NCBI GenBank assembly: GCA_963697335.1
Contig: CAVONQ010000002.1
Coordinates: 160,001-224,000, forward strand
Direction of reading: 5' to 3'
DNA from: an uncultured cyanobacterium
GTDB lineage: Bacteria; Cyanobacteriota; Cyanobacteriia; PCC-6307; Cyanobiaceae
Length of the DNA: 64,000 bases
In this document: in pieces, positions 21,950 to 32,064 of the stretch
How the letters are laid out: the number at the start of each line of letters is the position of its first letter
Numbering within the stretch: the first letter of the stretch is position 1
Notes under the pieces: generated by a model
Told to the model about the DNA's origin: nothing
The model's input: the letters and a program-made list of their open reading frames with translations, nothing else
Database searches by the model: none
Position numbers and translations under genes: made by a program

Positions 21950-23484
21950 GTCAGGTTCCCTCCGCCGCCCGGCGCCGCTGTGGTGTGTTGCTCCATCCCA
22001 CGGCCCTGCCGGGGCCTGGCCCCTGCGGCAGCTTCGGAGCGGAGGCCCACCGCTGGATCGAACTGCTGGCCGAACACCACATCGGCCTCTGGCAGCTGTT
22101 GCCCCTGGCCCCCACGGACGCCACGGGATCGCCCTACAGCTCCCCCAGCGGCTCGGCCCTGAACCCCTGGCTCCTGGATGGGGCTCGGCTGGTGGACGAG
22201 GGCCTGCTCACGGAGGCCGATCACCAGGCGCTGCCTGGGCAGGCCAGCACTGAGCGCCTCGATCTGGAGGTGATGCCCGAGCGCTGCGCCGCCCTGGCTG
22301 CCGCCCTGGCGCGCCGCTGGCCCCAGCAGAACGCTGCCACCCAGGAGGCGTTCTCGACCTGGCGCCACAGCCAGCGCCACTGGCTGGAGGATCACTGCCG
22401 CTTCATGGTGGTGCGGCAGCAGCAGGGCGGCCGCCCCTGGTGGGAGTGGCCCGAGCCCCTGGCCCGGCGGCAGCCCGAGGCCCTGCGCCAGCTGGATCGC
22501 GACTGTGCACCAGCGCTGCTGGAGCAGGCGCTGGTGCAATGGCAGCTGCAGTGCCAGTGGCAGGCCCTGCGCCAGCGCGCCCACAGCTGCGACCTCGACC
22601 TGGTGGGCGACCTGCCCTTCTACGTGGCCCACGACAGCAACGATGTGTGGTGCCGCCCGAGGCTGTTCTCCCTGGCGGGGCAGGCCGGCGACCTCGAGCA
22701 GCAGAGTGGCGTGCCACCCGACTACTTCTCGGCCACCGGGCAGCTCTGGGGCACGCCGGTGTACCGCTGGCCCCGCCACCTGATCAGCGGCTTCCGCTGG
22801 TGGATGGCGCGGCTGGATCGCCAGTTCGAGCTGTTCGATCGTCTGCGCCTCGACCACTTCCGCGCCCTTGAGGCCTTCTGGAGCGTGCCCGGTGGTGATG
22901 CCACCGCCGAGAACGGGCGCTGGGGCTGGTCGCCGGGGGGGCTGCTGCTGAGCCTGCTGTGGCTGCGCTGCCGGATGAAGGGGCAGCTGCGCGGAGGGCA
23001 TCTTCCCCTGATCGCCGAAGACCTGGGCGTGATCACTCCGCAGGTGGAGGCCCTCAGGGATCGCTTCCGCCTGCCGGGCATGAAAATCCTGCAGTTCGCC
23101 TTCAACGGCGACGATGACAATCCCTACCTGCCCGCCAACATCCACGGCCCCGGCTGGGTGGTGTACACCGGCACCCACGACAACCCCACCACCACGGGCT
23201 GGTGGCACAGCCTCGATCACGAGGGCCGCCAGCGGGTGGAGCAGGCCCTGGGCGCGGCGGTGACCGCCCCGGCCTGGCAACTGCTGGAAGCGGCCCTGGC
23301 CAGCCCGGCCGATCTGGCCGTGGCCCCCCTGCAGGACCTGCTGGAACTCGATGACCAGGCCCGCTTCAACACCCCGGGCACCAGCTCAGGCAACTGGACC
23401 TGGAGGCTGAGGCAGCCCGTGGCCAGCCTGGCCGGACCCCTCAAGGGCCTGGGCGAGATGGCCCACCGCTATCAGCGCGCCTGA
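21946..23484 (+). CDS. malQ: 4-alpha-glucanotransferase
   Basis: GVLLHPTALP, GVPPDYFSATGQLWG, RLDHFR, AEDLG, YTGTHDN. Confidence 0.96.
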   Translation: MSQVPSAARRRCGVLLHPTALPGPGPCGSFGAEAHRWIELLAEHHIGLWQLLPLAPTDATGSPYSSPSGSALNPWLLDGARLVDEGLLTEADHQALPGQASTERLDLEVMPERCAALAAALARRWPQQNAATQEAFSTWRHSQRHWLEDHCRFMVVRQQQGGRPWWEWPEPLARRQPEALRQLDRDCAPALLEQALVQWQLQCQWQALRQRAHSCDLDLVGDLPFYVAHDSNDVWCRPRLFSLAGQAGDLEQQSGVPPDYFSATGQLWGTPVYRWPRHLISGFRWWMARLDRQFELFDRLRLDHFRALEAFWSVPGGDATAENGRWGWSPGGLLLSLLWLRCRMKGQLRGGHLPLIAEDLGVITPQVEALRDRFRLPGMKILQFAFNGDDDNPYLPANIHGPGWVVYTGTHDNPTTTGWWHSLDHEGRQRVEQALGAAVTAPAWQLLEAALASPADLAVAPLQDLLELDDQARFNTPGTSSGNWTWRLRQPVASLAGPLKGLGEMAHRYQRA

Positions 23485-24446
23485 GGCTGGAACCGGCCCG
23501 GTTCCGCCGGGCTGGCGCTGAGCGATTGACCGAGCCACCGCACGGCTCCGGGGGCGGTCGGTGCTGGCGTGATGCGCAGGGTCCAGGGGGCGCTGAGGCT
23601 GAATTCGAGCCGGCCGCTGGCGGCCTTCAGCTCGGTGCTGCCGCCGCCAGGGGTCTCGAGGCTGAGGCTGGCCGGCGCGGCCAGGGTCACCACCAGGGCG
23701 CCCTGTGGGCTGGCGGCCTGTTGCGGTGTGGAGGTGGCTAGGGCCTGCCTCCGCCAGAGATCCAGGGCCTGCCCCGCCCCTGCCTGGCGCAGCGGGCGCA
23801 GGCTGGGAACAATGGCGAGCAGGGCCTGGTCGCCGCCCCGCTGGCCGCCTTGCTCCTCCATCGGCAGGGGCGGAATCGGGCTCACGGCCAGCAGTCCCTC
23901 CTGGGCGAGTTGCTGTTGCTGCAGGTTCAGCCCATACACGAGCCCGAGGGTGAGCACGCCATAGAGCAGGGTCCCCTGCCAGGTGGTGAAGACATCGATC
24001 GAGCCCGGCGTGAAGCGGCGCAGCAGACCCTGCTGCGTCTCCTGCAGCGGCAGGCGGTCGGCCGAGGCCGGCAGCACCCCCTCCAGGCTGCCGGGCTGCA
24101 GCTCGAGATGCCGCTCGATCAGGGGCAGCATCGTGCGCAGGTAGGCGGCCTCGGGCAAGCGATCGCGCCAGCCCCGCTCCAGGGCCTCCAGCACCGGCGT
24201 GCTGATGCGGGTGTCCAGCGCCAGCTGGCGCAGGCTGAGCTGGCGTTCCTCGCGGCGCTGCCGCAGGGCACGCCCTGCCGCCACCAGGGGATCCTCCCTG
24301 GTGGCGGCAGTGGGAACGGACGCCCGCCCGCTCCGCCAGCGCCACAGCCACCGCAAGGGCCTGGGCCGTGCCGCTGGAGGCGTGGTGGAAGGGGACCGGG
24401 GCGCGGATGGCGGGCTCAGGACACGGGGGCGACCAGGACGTTCCAT
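23472..24446 (-). CDS. RodZ-like helix-turn-helix membrane protein
   Basis: LRQRREERQLSLRQLA..TRIS..LEALERG HTH followed by one TM helix. Start uncertain. Confidence 0.72.
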   Translation of the reverse strand: MERPGRPRVLSPPSAPRSPSTTPPAARPRPLRWLWRWRSGRASVPTAATREDPLVAAGRALRQRREERQLSLRQLALDTRISTPVLEALERGWRDRLPEAAYLRTMLPLIERHLELQPGSLEGVLPASADRLPLQETQQGLLRRFTPGSIDVFTTWQGTLLYGVLTLGLVYGLNLQQQQLAQEGLLAVSPIPPLPMEEQGGQRGGDQALLAIVPSLRPLRQAGAGQALDLWRRQALATSTPQQAASPQGALVVTLAAPASLSLETPGGGSTELKAASGRLEFSLSAPWTLRITPAPTAPGAVRWLGQSLSASPAEPGRFQPQAR

Positions 24447-25144
24447 TCTCGGCGATCAAGGGCTCGCCAGCTTCCCTCCGGCAAGGCGCCAAGCCGCAGC
24501 CCTCCGATCCCGATCCGCTGCAGATCCTGCACAGGGTGCCCCAGCAGCTGGGCTGTGCGCCGGATCTGGCGGTTGCGTCCCTCGCCCATCTCCAGTTCCA
24601 GGCAGGTGCTCCTGGCGCTGCGCTGCAGCACCCGCAGGCCCACCGGCTGACTGGCCTGGCCATCGAGCGGCATGCCCGCAGCCCAGCGGGCCAGGCTGGC
24701 GCGGCTGGGGCTGCCCGCCACCTGCACCCGATAGAGCTTGCGGTGGCCATGGCGCGGATGGCTGAGCCGCAGGGTGAGGTCGCCCTGGTTGGTGAGCAGC
24801 AGGGCGCCCCGGCTGTCGGCATCGAGGCGGCCGATGGGGTGGAGGCCCCGGCCCCGCCGCAGCTCCGGTGGCAGCAGCTCGAGCACGGTGGGTCGCCCCC
24901 GGGGGTCGCTGCAACTGCACAGCACGCCCACCGGTTTGTTGAGCAGCAGCAGCAGCGGCTCGGCGGGGGGGGCGAGGGGCTCGCCATCCACCGCGACCAG
25001 ATCGCTGCTGGGATCGGCGCTGTCACCGATGCGGGCCGTGGCTCCATTCACCTGCACTCGGCCGGCGCGCAACAGGTCTTCGGCCCGGCGGCGGGAGCAG
25101 AGTCCAGCCGCCGCCATCAGTTTCTGCAAGCGCTCTCGGGCCAT
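24416..25144 (-). CDS. RsuA/RluB-family pseudouridine synthase
   Basis: S4 domain ERLQKLMAAAGLCSRR, LNKPVG, GRLDADSRG, EGRNRQIRR. Confidence 0.93.
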   Translation of the reverse strand: MARERLQKLMAAAGLCSRRRAEDLLRAGRVQVNGATARIGDSADPSSDLVAVDGEPLAPPAEPLLLLLNKPVGVLCSCSDPRGRPTVLELLPPELRRGRGLHPIGRLDADSRGALLLTNQGDLTLRLSHPRHGHRKLYRVQVAGSPSRASLARWAAGMPLDGQASQPVGLRVLQRSARSTCLELEMGEGRNRQIRRTAQLLGHPVQDLQRIGIGGLRLGALPEGSWRALDRREWNVLVAPVS

Positions 25145-25186
25145 GGACCCATGCTGCAGGAGGCCGGGAAAAGGATGGTAAGTTTA

Positions 25187-25204
25187 CGAAACAGAACTGT
25201 TTCG
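25187..25204. promoter_or_regulatory. palindromic candidate operator
   Basis: CGAAACAG-AA-CTGTTTCG perfect 8-bp inverted repeat between the divergent pseudouridine synthase and sigma factor genes. Confidence 0.5.
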
Positions 25205-25216
25205 CAATTCTCTCCC

Positions 25217-26221
25217 ATGCCTTCCCTGCCCGTGGCCGCTGCCGATGGGTCTGTTCAGCCGGGTGGCGCCGACCTGGTGCGCAGCTACCTGCGTGACATC
25301 GGCCGGGTGCCGTTGCTGAGCCATGAGCAGGAGATCACCCTGGGCCGCCAGGTGCAGGAGCTGATGGCTCTGGAGGAGATTGAGCAGGAGCTGACGATGC
25401 GTGCCGGCGGCACGGCGCCGGAGCAGGTGGAGCTGGCGTCGGCGGCGGGCCTGAGCGTGCCGGTGCTGAAGAAGCGTCTGCAGGCGGGCCGTCGGGCGAA
25501 GGAGCGGATGGTGGCGGCGAACCTGCGGCTGGTGGTGAGCGTGGCGAAGAAGTACACCAAGCGGAACATGGAACTGCTGGACCTGATCCAGGAGGGCACG
25601 ATCGGCCTGGTGCGGGGTGTGGAGAAGTTCGACCCGACGCGGGGCTACAAGTTCAGTACGTATGCGTACTGGTGGATCCGCCAGGGGATCACGCGGGCGA
25701 TCGCGGAGAAGAGCCGCACGATCCGGCTGCCGATCCATATCACCGAAACACTGAACAAGCTGAAGAAGGGCCAGCGGGAACTGAGCCAGGAGCTGGGCCG
25801 CACGCCCACGGTGAGCGAGCTGGCGGTGTTTGTGGAGCTGCCGGAGGAGGAGGTGAAGGATCTGCTGTGCCGGGCGCGGCAGCCGGTGAGTCTGGAGACG
25901 AAGGTGGGGGATGGCGAGGACACGGAGCTGCTGGACCTGCTGGCCGGGGACGGTGAGCTGCCGGAGGACCGGGTGGACGGGGAGTGCCTGAAGGGGGACC
26001 TGCGGGCGCTGCTGGAGCAGCTGCCGGAACTGCAGGGGCGGGTGCTGAAGATGCGCTACGGCATCGATCCCGAGGGCCAGGGCCTGGGCGAGCCGATGAG
26101 CCTCAGCTCGATCGCCAAGAACCTCGGCATGAGCCGCGACAAGACCCGCAATCTCGAGCGCAAGGCACTCGAGGGGATTCGCTCCCAGTCGCGTCGCCTC
26201 GAGGGCTATCTGGTGGCCTGA
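25217..26221 (+). CDS. group 2 (RpoD-like) sigma-70 factor
   Basis: [48 protein letters not shown]; region 1.1 absent. Confidence 0.94.
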   Translation: MPSLPVAAADGSVQPGGADLVRSYLRDIGRVPLLSHEQEITLGRQVQELMALEEIEQELTMRAGGTAPEQVELASAAGLSVPVLKKRLQAGRRAKERMVAANLRLVVSVAKKYTKRNMELLDLIQEGTIGLVRGVEKFDPTRGYKFSTYAYWWIRQGITRAIAEKSRTIRLPIHITETLNKLKKGQRELSQELGRTPTVSELAVFVELPEEEVKDLLCRARQPVSLETKVGDGEDTELLDLLAGDGELPEDRVDGECLKGDLRALLEQLPELQGRVLKMRYGIDPEGQGLGEPMSLSSIAKNLGMSRDKTRNLERKALEGIRSQSRRLEGYLVA

Positions 26222-26226
26222 GAGGC

Positions 26227-26652
26227 CTAGAAGAACTGGTCGAAGTTGTCGAAGTCAACGGCGCTGAAGGTGCCGTTCTCCACCTGCTCCATCAGCCGCT
26301 CCAGCTGGGCCCAGAGGGCCCCCGCAGTGCCGATCGAGAGCACGAAGGACACCAGCAGGGCCGCCCCCGAGGCGAAGCCGAACACCTGCAGGGCCCCGCC
26401 GATGAACAGGGTGACCCCCACCACGATGCCGATGTAGGGGAGGGTGGTGCCGCCGTTGCTGAGGGGCAGCAGGGGCAGACGATCCTGCTTCCACCCCTCC
26501 AGCCGGTTCTGAACCATCTTGGCGAAGGTGAGGCCGCAGAGCACGCTGATGGCCAGCCCCAGCCCCGACACCAGGTAGGGCGGCTGGATGAAGGTGCCGT
26601 ACTCAATCAGGATCTCGCTGGCGTCGAGGTCGAGCGGGGCGTTGTCGATCAC
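26227..26652 (-). CDS. conserved hypothetical membrane protein
   Basis: Three hydrophobic segments and an acidic C-terminus VDFDNFDQFF. Confidence 0.72.
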   Translation of the reverse strand: MIDNAPLDLDASEILIEYGTFIQPPYLVSGLGLAISVLCGLTFAKMVQNRLEGWKQDRLPLLPLSNGGTTLPYIGIVVGVTLFIGGALQVFGFASGAALLVSFVLSIGTAGALWAQLERLMEQVENGTFSAVDFDNFDQFF

Positions 26653-26679
26653 GGCGCGCGGTCGGGTCGGAGGGTGACC

Positions 26680-28350
26680 CTAGGCGGCGGCCAGGGGGTT
26701 GAGCCGCGCCAGCAGCGTGCCCGCCAGCTTGCGGGCGTTGAAGGTGCGCCGCAACAGGCCCATCAGGGCGCGCAGGTCGTCGGCGTTGAGACGGTCGTCG
26801 CGCACCAGGGTGAGCAGCAGCCTCTGGCGCAGGCTGGCGCCATCGGGACCCAGCAGCAGCTTCAGCCCTGAGCCCATCACCGGCAGCAGGTCAGCCCTGG
26901 GACCGTCGTTCTCCAGCACCGCCAGCAGGCTCTCGAGCCGTTCGATCTGCAGCCGGCCCTCCCGGTCGAACAGCACGTCAAGCAGCTTCTCGCGCATCTC
27001 GGCGGTGTCGCCCGCCAGCAGACGACGGGCCACGTAGGGGTAGGCCACGCGGATGATCTTGAAGTCGGGGTCGAGCCGCAGCGCCAGCCCCTCCTGGCTC
27101 ACCACGGCGCGGATGATCAGCGCGAAGCGCACCGGCACCCGGAACGGGTAGTCGAACACCAGCTCGGAAAAGCGGTCGGTGACCGCCTTGAAGTTGAAGT
27201 TGCCGACGTTCTCGCCCAGGGTGCCGCCCAGCACCTCCTCCAGGGCCGGAATGATCGGTTCGAGGTCGGTGTCGGGGCTGAGGAAGCCCAGGGCCACGAA
27301 GTCGCTGGCCAGGGCCCGGAAATCGCGGTTGATCAGATGCACCACCGCCCCGGTGAGGGTGAGCCGGTCGGCATCGGAAATCGAATCCATCATGCCGAAA
27401 TCCACGTAGGCCACATGGCCCAGCTGGCCGGTGCGCCCCGGCAGGGCGAACAGGTTGCCGGGGTGGGGATCGGCGTGGAAATAGCCGAACTCCAGCAGTT
27501 GCTGCAGCCCCGCCATCACCCCGGTGCGGATCAGGGCGGTGGGGTCGAGATGGCGCGCTTCCAGCACCTGGCGCTCCTGCAGCTTGGTGCCATGGATCCA
27601 GCTGGTGGTGAGCACCCGCCGGGCACTCAGCTGGCGCTCCACGTGGGGCACGGTCACCTCGGGATGGGCGCTGAACAGGCGGGCGAAGCGCTCGGCGTTG
27701 TCGGCCTCCTTGTAGTAGTCGATCTCGTCGAAGAGGGTCTGGCCGAACTCGTCGATGATGGCGTCGAGCCCGAAGCCCAGGTTGAGGGGCAACAGCGGCG
27801 CACTGAGCACCGCCAACATGCGGATGATCACCAGGTCGCGGCGCAGGATCTGGGGCAGGTCGGGCCGCTGCACCTTCACGGCCACCCAGTGGCCGTCGTG
27901 CATCTGGGCCTTGTAGACCTGCCCCAGGCTGGCGGCGGCAATGGGGTAGTCGGGGAACAGGGCAAACAGCTCCTGGGCCGGTGCCCCCAGCTCCGTCTCG
28001 ATCGTGAGCAGGGCCACCTCCTGGGGGAAGGGGGGCAGGTTGTCCTGAAGCTGGGTGAGCTGCTCGAGCCAGTCGCGCCGCACCAGGTCGGGGCGGGTGG
28101 AGAGGGCCTGCCCCACCTTGATGAAACAGGGGCCGAGGCTGGTGAGGGTGGCGAGGATGCGCTTGCCGAGCCGCTGCTGCACGGCCCGATCGCTGCTGCC
28201 GGCATGCACCACCAGCACCAGGGCCAGGCTGATCAGCTGCCACAGCACCGAGCTGAGCCGGCTGAGGAAGAGCCACGGCCGCCCCAGCAACCAACGCCGA
28301 TCAGCCTTGGGGTCGTAGGCCGGCGGGGCGGTGCTCGCTGCGGCGGTCAA
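26680..28350 (-). CDS. ABC1/AarF/UbiB atypical kinase
   Basis: LGPCFIKVGQ, AAASLGQVY, VAVKVQRP, FHADPHPGN, DFGM. Confidence 0.94.
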   Translation of the reverse strand: MTAAASTAPPAYDPKADRRWLLGRPWLFLSRLSSVLWQLISLALVLVVHAGSSDRAVQQRLGKRILATLTSLGPCFIKVGQALSTRPDLVRRDWLEQLTQLQDNLPPFPQEVALLTIETELGAPAQELFALFPDYPIAAASLGQVYKAQMHDGHWVAVKVQRPDLPQILRRDLVIIRMLAVLSAPLLPLNLGFGLDAIIDEFGQTLFDEIDYYKEADNAERFARLFSAHPEVTVPHVERQLSARRVLTTSWIHGTKLQERQVLEARHLDPTALIRTGVMAGLQQLLEFGYFHADPHPGNLFALPGRTGQLGHVAYVDFGMMDSISDADRLTLTGAVVHLINRDFRALASDFVALGFLSPDTDLEPIIPALEEVLGGTLGENVGNFNFKAVTDRFSELVFDYPFRVPVRFALIIRAVVSQEGLALRLDPDFKIIRVAYPYVARRLLAGDTAEMREKLLDVLFDREGRLQIERLESLLAVLENDGPRADLLPVMGSGLKLLLGPDGASLRQRLLLTLVRDDRLNADDLRALMGLLRRTFNARKLAGTLLARLNPLAAA

Positions 28351-28562
28351 GGGCGCGATGGGGTGAGTGGACTGACTCTAGAAAGTCCGGCAGGGCCGAC
28401 CGCGCGGGGGACGACCGCCCTGAACCCGCCCGCCCTGAAGCCACTCCCCCTGACGCCGACCCGGCGGGAGTCCCCAGCCCAGGAGCGGCCAGACTCCTGA
28501 CTCCGTGCCAGAGCGCTGCCGGGCCTGTCTGCGCAGCCGCATCCCTGGCCCTCGCCCTGCCG

Positions 28563-29918
28563 GTGTTGCTCCCCCCCGCTGATCCCGATCTCCTGGCCCT
28601 GCACCTGCCCGCCCATGGGCGCGGCCGGGGTCTGGCGCCGCAACTGGCCCGGTTGCTGCGCCGCCGGCCCGGCAGCTGGGATCTGCCCGAGCTGCCGGGT
28701 TTCGGTGGTCCCCTGGAGCCGGAGGGCGCCGTGGCGGAGGAGCAGCGCCAGTGCGCGGTGCTGCTGGGGGCTGAGCACTGCTGGTTCGGGGTGAACGGGG
28801 CCAGTGGACTGCTGCAGGTGGCCCTGCTGGCCCTGGCGGCCCCCGGCAGCCGGGTGCTGCTGCCCCGCAACCTGCACCGCTCGCTGCTGCATGCCTGCGT
28901 GCTTGGTCAGCTGGAGCCGGTGCTCTACAGCCTGCCCTTCGATCCCGCCACTGGCCTGTGGCTGCCCCCCACCCCCCAGCTGCTGGAGCAGGCGCTGGCG
29001 GCAGCCCGAGCGGGCAGCCCCCTGGCGGCGGTGGCGGTGGTGTCCCCCACCTACCAGGGGCTGGCGGCCGACCTGCCGGCCCTGGTGGCGGTGGCCCACG
29101 CCGCCGGCCTGCCGCTGCTGGTGGACCAGGCCCATGGCGCCGGTGAGGCCGTGGCCGCCGGGGCCGATCTGGTGGTGCTTTCCTGCCAGAAGAGCGGCGG
29201 CGGGCTGGCCCAGAGTGCCGTGCTGCTGGCCCAGGGCGAGCGCTGCGCCGTGGAGGCGATCGAGCGGGCCCTGCTCTGGCTGCAGACCTCCAGCCCCAGC
29301 GCCCTGCTCTTGGCCTCGGCTGCGGCCAGCCTGCGCCATGGCCGCAGCGCCGCCGGCCTGGCCCAAAGACATCGAGCCCTGGCGCAGGCCCGGCGCCTGC
29401 GGCGGCGCTGTCGTGGCCTGGATCTGCCGCTGCTCAGCAGCCAGGACCCACTGCGGCTGGTGCTGCCCACGGCGGCGATGGGCATCAACGGGGTGGAGGC
29501 CGATGCCTGGCTGCTGCAGCGGGGCGTGATCGCGGAGCTGGCGGAGCCCGGCAGCCTCACCTTCTGCCTGGGGGTGGTGCCTCCGGCCGGGGTGGTGCGG
29601 CGGTTGCCGGGGGTGCTGGCCGGCCTGCGCCAGGCCCTCGGCGGTCCGCCGCTGCCGCCCTTCAGCCCGCCTCCCCTGGCGGCGGTGGCACAACCGGAGA
29701 TGCCTGTGGCCGTGGCCTGGCGGGCCGCCGCAGAGCCCGTGCCCCTGGCGGCGGCGGCGGGCCGGATCGCCGCGGAGCCCCTCTGCCCCTATCCCCCCGG
29801 GATTCCTCTGCTGATCCCGGGGGAGCGAATCGATCCGGCCCGGGCCCACTGGCTGCAGCGGCAACGGCAGCTCTGGCCTGGCCTCATCGCTGATACGGTG
29901 AGGGTTGTGGTGGGCTGA
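28563..29918 (+). CDS. Orn/Lys/Arg decarboxylase-family PLP enzyme
   Basis: LHLPAHG, VNGASG, PRNLHRS, PTYQG, VDQAHG, LQTSSPS, PYPPGIP. Confidence 0.87.
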   Translation: MLLPPADPDLLALHLPAHGRGRGLAPQLARLLRRRPGSWDLPELPGFGGPLEPEGAVAEEQRQCAVLLGAEHCWFGVNGASGLLQVALLALAAPGSRVLLPRNLHRSLLHACVLGQLEPVLYSLPFDPATGLWLPPTPQLLEQALAAARAGSPLAAVAVVSPTYQGLAADLPALVAVAHAAGLPLLVDQAHGAGEAVAAGADLVVLSCQKSGGGLAQSAVLLAQGERCAVEAIERALLWLQTSSPSALLLASAAASLRHGRSAAGLAQRHRALAQARRLRRRCRGLDLPLLSSQDPLRLVLPTAAMGINGVEADAWLLQRGVIAELAEPGSLTFCLGVVPPAGVVRRLPGVLAGLRQALGGPPLPPFSPPPLAAVAQPEMPVAVAWRAAAEPVPLAAAAGRIAAEPLCPYPPGIPLLIPGERIDPARAHWLQRQRQLWPGLIADTVRVVVG

Positions 29919-29977
29919 CGCGGGATCTCCAGCGGCGTGCCACGCCCCCTGTATTGCGCGCTCCACAGGCCTCGCCG

Positions 29978-30607
29978 GTGATCGACGACCCCACTGCAGC
30001 GTCCCCGACGCCTCCCTATCAGTGGGATTTCGTCACCCCCGGCCTGCCCGATGGCGTCTTTGATGCGGCCCCGGGCTTCAGCCCCACACCGATGGAGCTG
30101 CGGGTGATGCTGCTGGCTCACCTGCGGCCGCGGGCCGATTCCCTGGTGTGGGATGTCGGCGGCGGCACCGGCGCCCTGGCTCTGGAGATCGCCCGGCTGA
30201 TGCCCCGGGGCCAGGTGCACACCCTCGAGCGTGACCCGGAGGCCATTGCCCTGCTGGAGCAGAACCGCCAGCGGCTCGGCATCGTCAACCTCCACATCCA
30301 CCCCGGCGCGGCCCCCGACGACCTGGCCACCCTGCCCCCCGCCCCCGACCGGGTGGTGCTGGAGGTGGGCCGGCCCCTCGGCGATGTGCTGCGGGTGGTG
30401 TGGGACGCGCTGCAGCCGGCGGGACGGCTGGTGATCAGCACCGCCAGCCTGGAGGGTCTGGTGGATGCCACCGACACCCTCGGGCAGCTCGCCGCCCGCG
30501 ATGTGCAGGTGGTGCAGGCCACCGTGCACCGCATGCAGCGCCGCGGCAGCCAGGCCAAGCTGGCCGCGGCTGAGCCCCTGTTCCTGATCGCGGCAGAGCG
30601 GCCGTGA
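29978..30607 (+). CDS. cbiT: precorrin-6B C15-methyltransferase (decarboxylating)
   Basis: PGLPDGVF..TPMELR and SAM-binding motif WDVGGGTG. Confidence 0.85.
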   Translation: MIDDPTAASPTPPYQWDFVTPGLPDGVFDAAPGFSPTPMELRVMLLAHLRPRADSLVWDVGGGTGALALEIARLMPRGQVHTLERDPEAIALLEQNRQRLGIVNLHIHPGAAPDDLATLPPAPDRVVLEVGRPLGDVLRVVWDALQPAGRLVISTASLEGLVDATDTLGQLAARDVQVVQATVHRMQRRGSQAKLAAAEPLFLIAAERP

Positions 30608-31449
30608 TGCCGCAGCCCCGCACCAGCACATCGCTGCCGCGCCTGCTGAGCGGCTGGGCGGCCGGGGGCTTCGGCTTCGTGGTGGTGATGCTCGGCGGCT
30701 GGTGGTTCACCGTGGCTGTGGGCGTGATCGTGCATCTGGGGCTGCTGGAGTTCTTCCGCATGGCCCAGTTCAAGGGCATTCGGCCGGCCACCAAGACCAC
30801 CCTGGTGGCGGTGCAGCTGCTGCTGGCCACCACCCAGCTTGCCGGCACCGACAGCTGGCTGGCCGGCGATGTGGCCGCGGCGGTGCTGCCGGCCTCCGGC
30901 GCGGTGATCTGCGGCTGGCTGCTGCTGCAGCCCGTCACCGGCACCATCGCCGACATCGCCGCCTCGGTGTTCGGCCTCTTCTATCTGGGCTTTCTGCCGA
31001 GCCACTGGATCAAGCTGCGCGATCTGCCCGACTCCGGCCTCGAGCTCACGCTGCTGGCCTGCTTCCTGATCGTGGCCACGGACATCGGCTCCTATGCCAT
31101 CGGTCGGCGGCTGGGCCGGCGGCCGCTCTCGCCGATCTCGCCGGGCAAGACCGTCGAGGGAGCCCTGGGGGGTGTGGCCTGTGCCATGGCCGTCGGGGCG
31201 GTGGGTGGTACCTGGATCGGCTGGAACTGGGGCTGGCTGATCGGAGTGGTGCTGGGGGCGGTGGTGGCCCTCTTCGCCCTGGTGGGGGATCTCACCGAGT
31301 CGATGATGAAGCGCGATGCGGGCCTGAAGGATTCCGGCGATGCGATCCCCGGCCACGGCGGCATCCTCGATCGCATCGACAGCTATCTGTTCGTGCCGGC
31401 GGTGGTCTATTCCCTGGTCACCCTGGTGCTGCCGCTGCTCGGTTCCTGA
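30604..31449 (+). CDS. cdsA: phosphatidate cytidylyltransferase
   Basis: ISPGKTVEG and GDLTESMMKRDAGLKDSG..IPGHGGILDRIDS signatures. Confidence 0.96.
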   Translation: MMPQPRTSTSLPRLLSGWAAGGFGFVVVMLGGWWFTVAVGVIVHLGLLEFFRMAQFKGIRPATKTTLVAVQLLLATTQLAGTDSWLAGDVAAAVLPASGAVICGWLLLQPVTGTIADIAASVFGLFYLGFLPSHWIKLRDLPDSGLELTLLACFLIVATDIGSYAIGRRLGRRPLSPISPGKTVEGALGGVACAMAVGAVGGTWIGWNWGWLIGVVLGAVVALFALVGDLTESMMKRDAGLKDSGDAIPGHGGILDRIDSYLFVPAVVYSLVTLVLPLLGS

Positions 31450-31455
31450 AGGGGT

Positions 31456-32064
31456 TCAGGGGGTCACCGTGGCCCGACCCTCCAGCACCACCCGGCCGCT
31501 CTCCACGGCGGCGCGCTCGATCTGCACAGCGGGGTCCATCGGCAGCCTCAGCTCGGTGCTGCCATCCACGGCGCGGATCACCACCGTGCCGGCCTCCGCG
31601 CTCAGGCTGGTTTCCAGCTCCAGCGCCCCATGGCTCCTGAACACCAGGTGCTCCTGGCGGAGGCTGAGCCTGCTGCCCCGCCAGGCGGTGCCGCCGAGCA
31701 GCTGGCCGGCGAGCTGGTCGGCCAGGGGTTGCCAGCTCGCCTGGGCCAGGGAGTGCTCCAGCCCCGTGGGGCTGAACCGCACCTCCCCCCTGATCCCGAA
31801 GGGCTGCCCCAGCTCGATGGCCTGGCCCCGCAGCAGCCCAGCCACCTGGAGGCTGATCGGGTCGCTCGTGAGCGTCACCGCGTCGAGCTCCAGCCCCCGG
31901 TAGTGCACCTGGCGGGCCTGGAGCTGGGCCCCGGCCAGCCGGCCCCGCAGCAGCTGCAGATCGGCGCCCTCCAGCTCCAGCGAGAGGGCCTCGATCTGCT
32001 CGCACTGGCGGCGGATCCACAGCTGCAGGCCCGCCGCCAGCAGCTGCAGCAGGGGCCCGCTCAT
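31456..32064 (-). CDS. DUF2993/LmeA-like protein
   Basis: ATG overlaps the upstream hydrolase stop; MSGPLLQLLAAGLQLWIRRQC..LLRGRL pattern. Confidence 0.65.
   Translation of the reverse strand: MSGPLLQLLAAGLQLWIRRQCEQIEALSLELEGADLQLLRGRLAGAQLQARQVHYRGLELDAVTLTSDPISLQVAGLLRGQAIELGQPFGIRGEVRFSPTGLEHSLAQASWQPLADQLAGQLLGGTAWRGSRLSLRQEHLVFRSHGALELETSLSAEAGTVVIRAVDGSTELRLPMDPAVQIERAAVESGRVVLEGRATVTP

Noticed and set aside
28420..28450. Short direct repeat CCGCCCTGAA
   Set aside because: Only two copies in GC-rich DNA; compatible with chance. No CRISPR-like array seen anywhere in the window.
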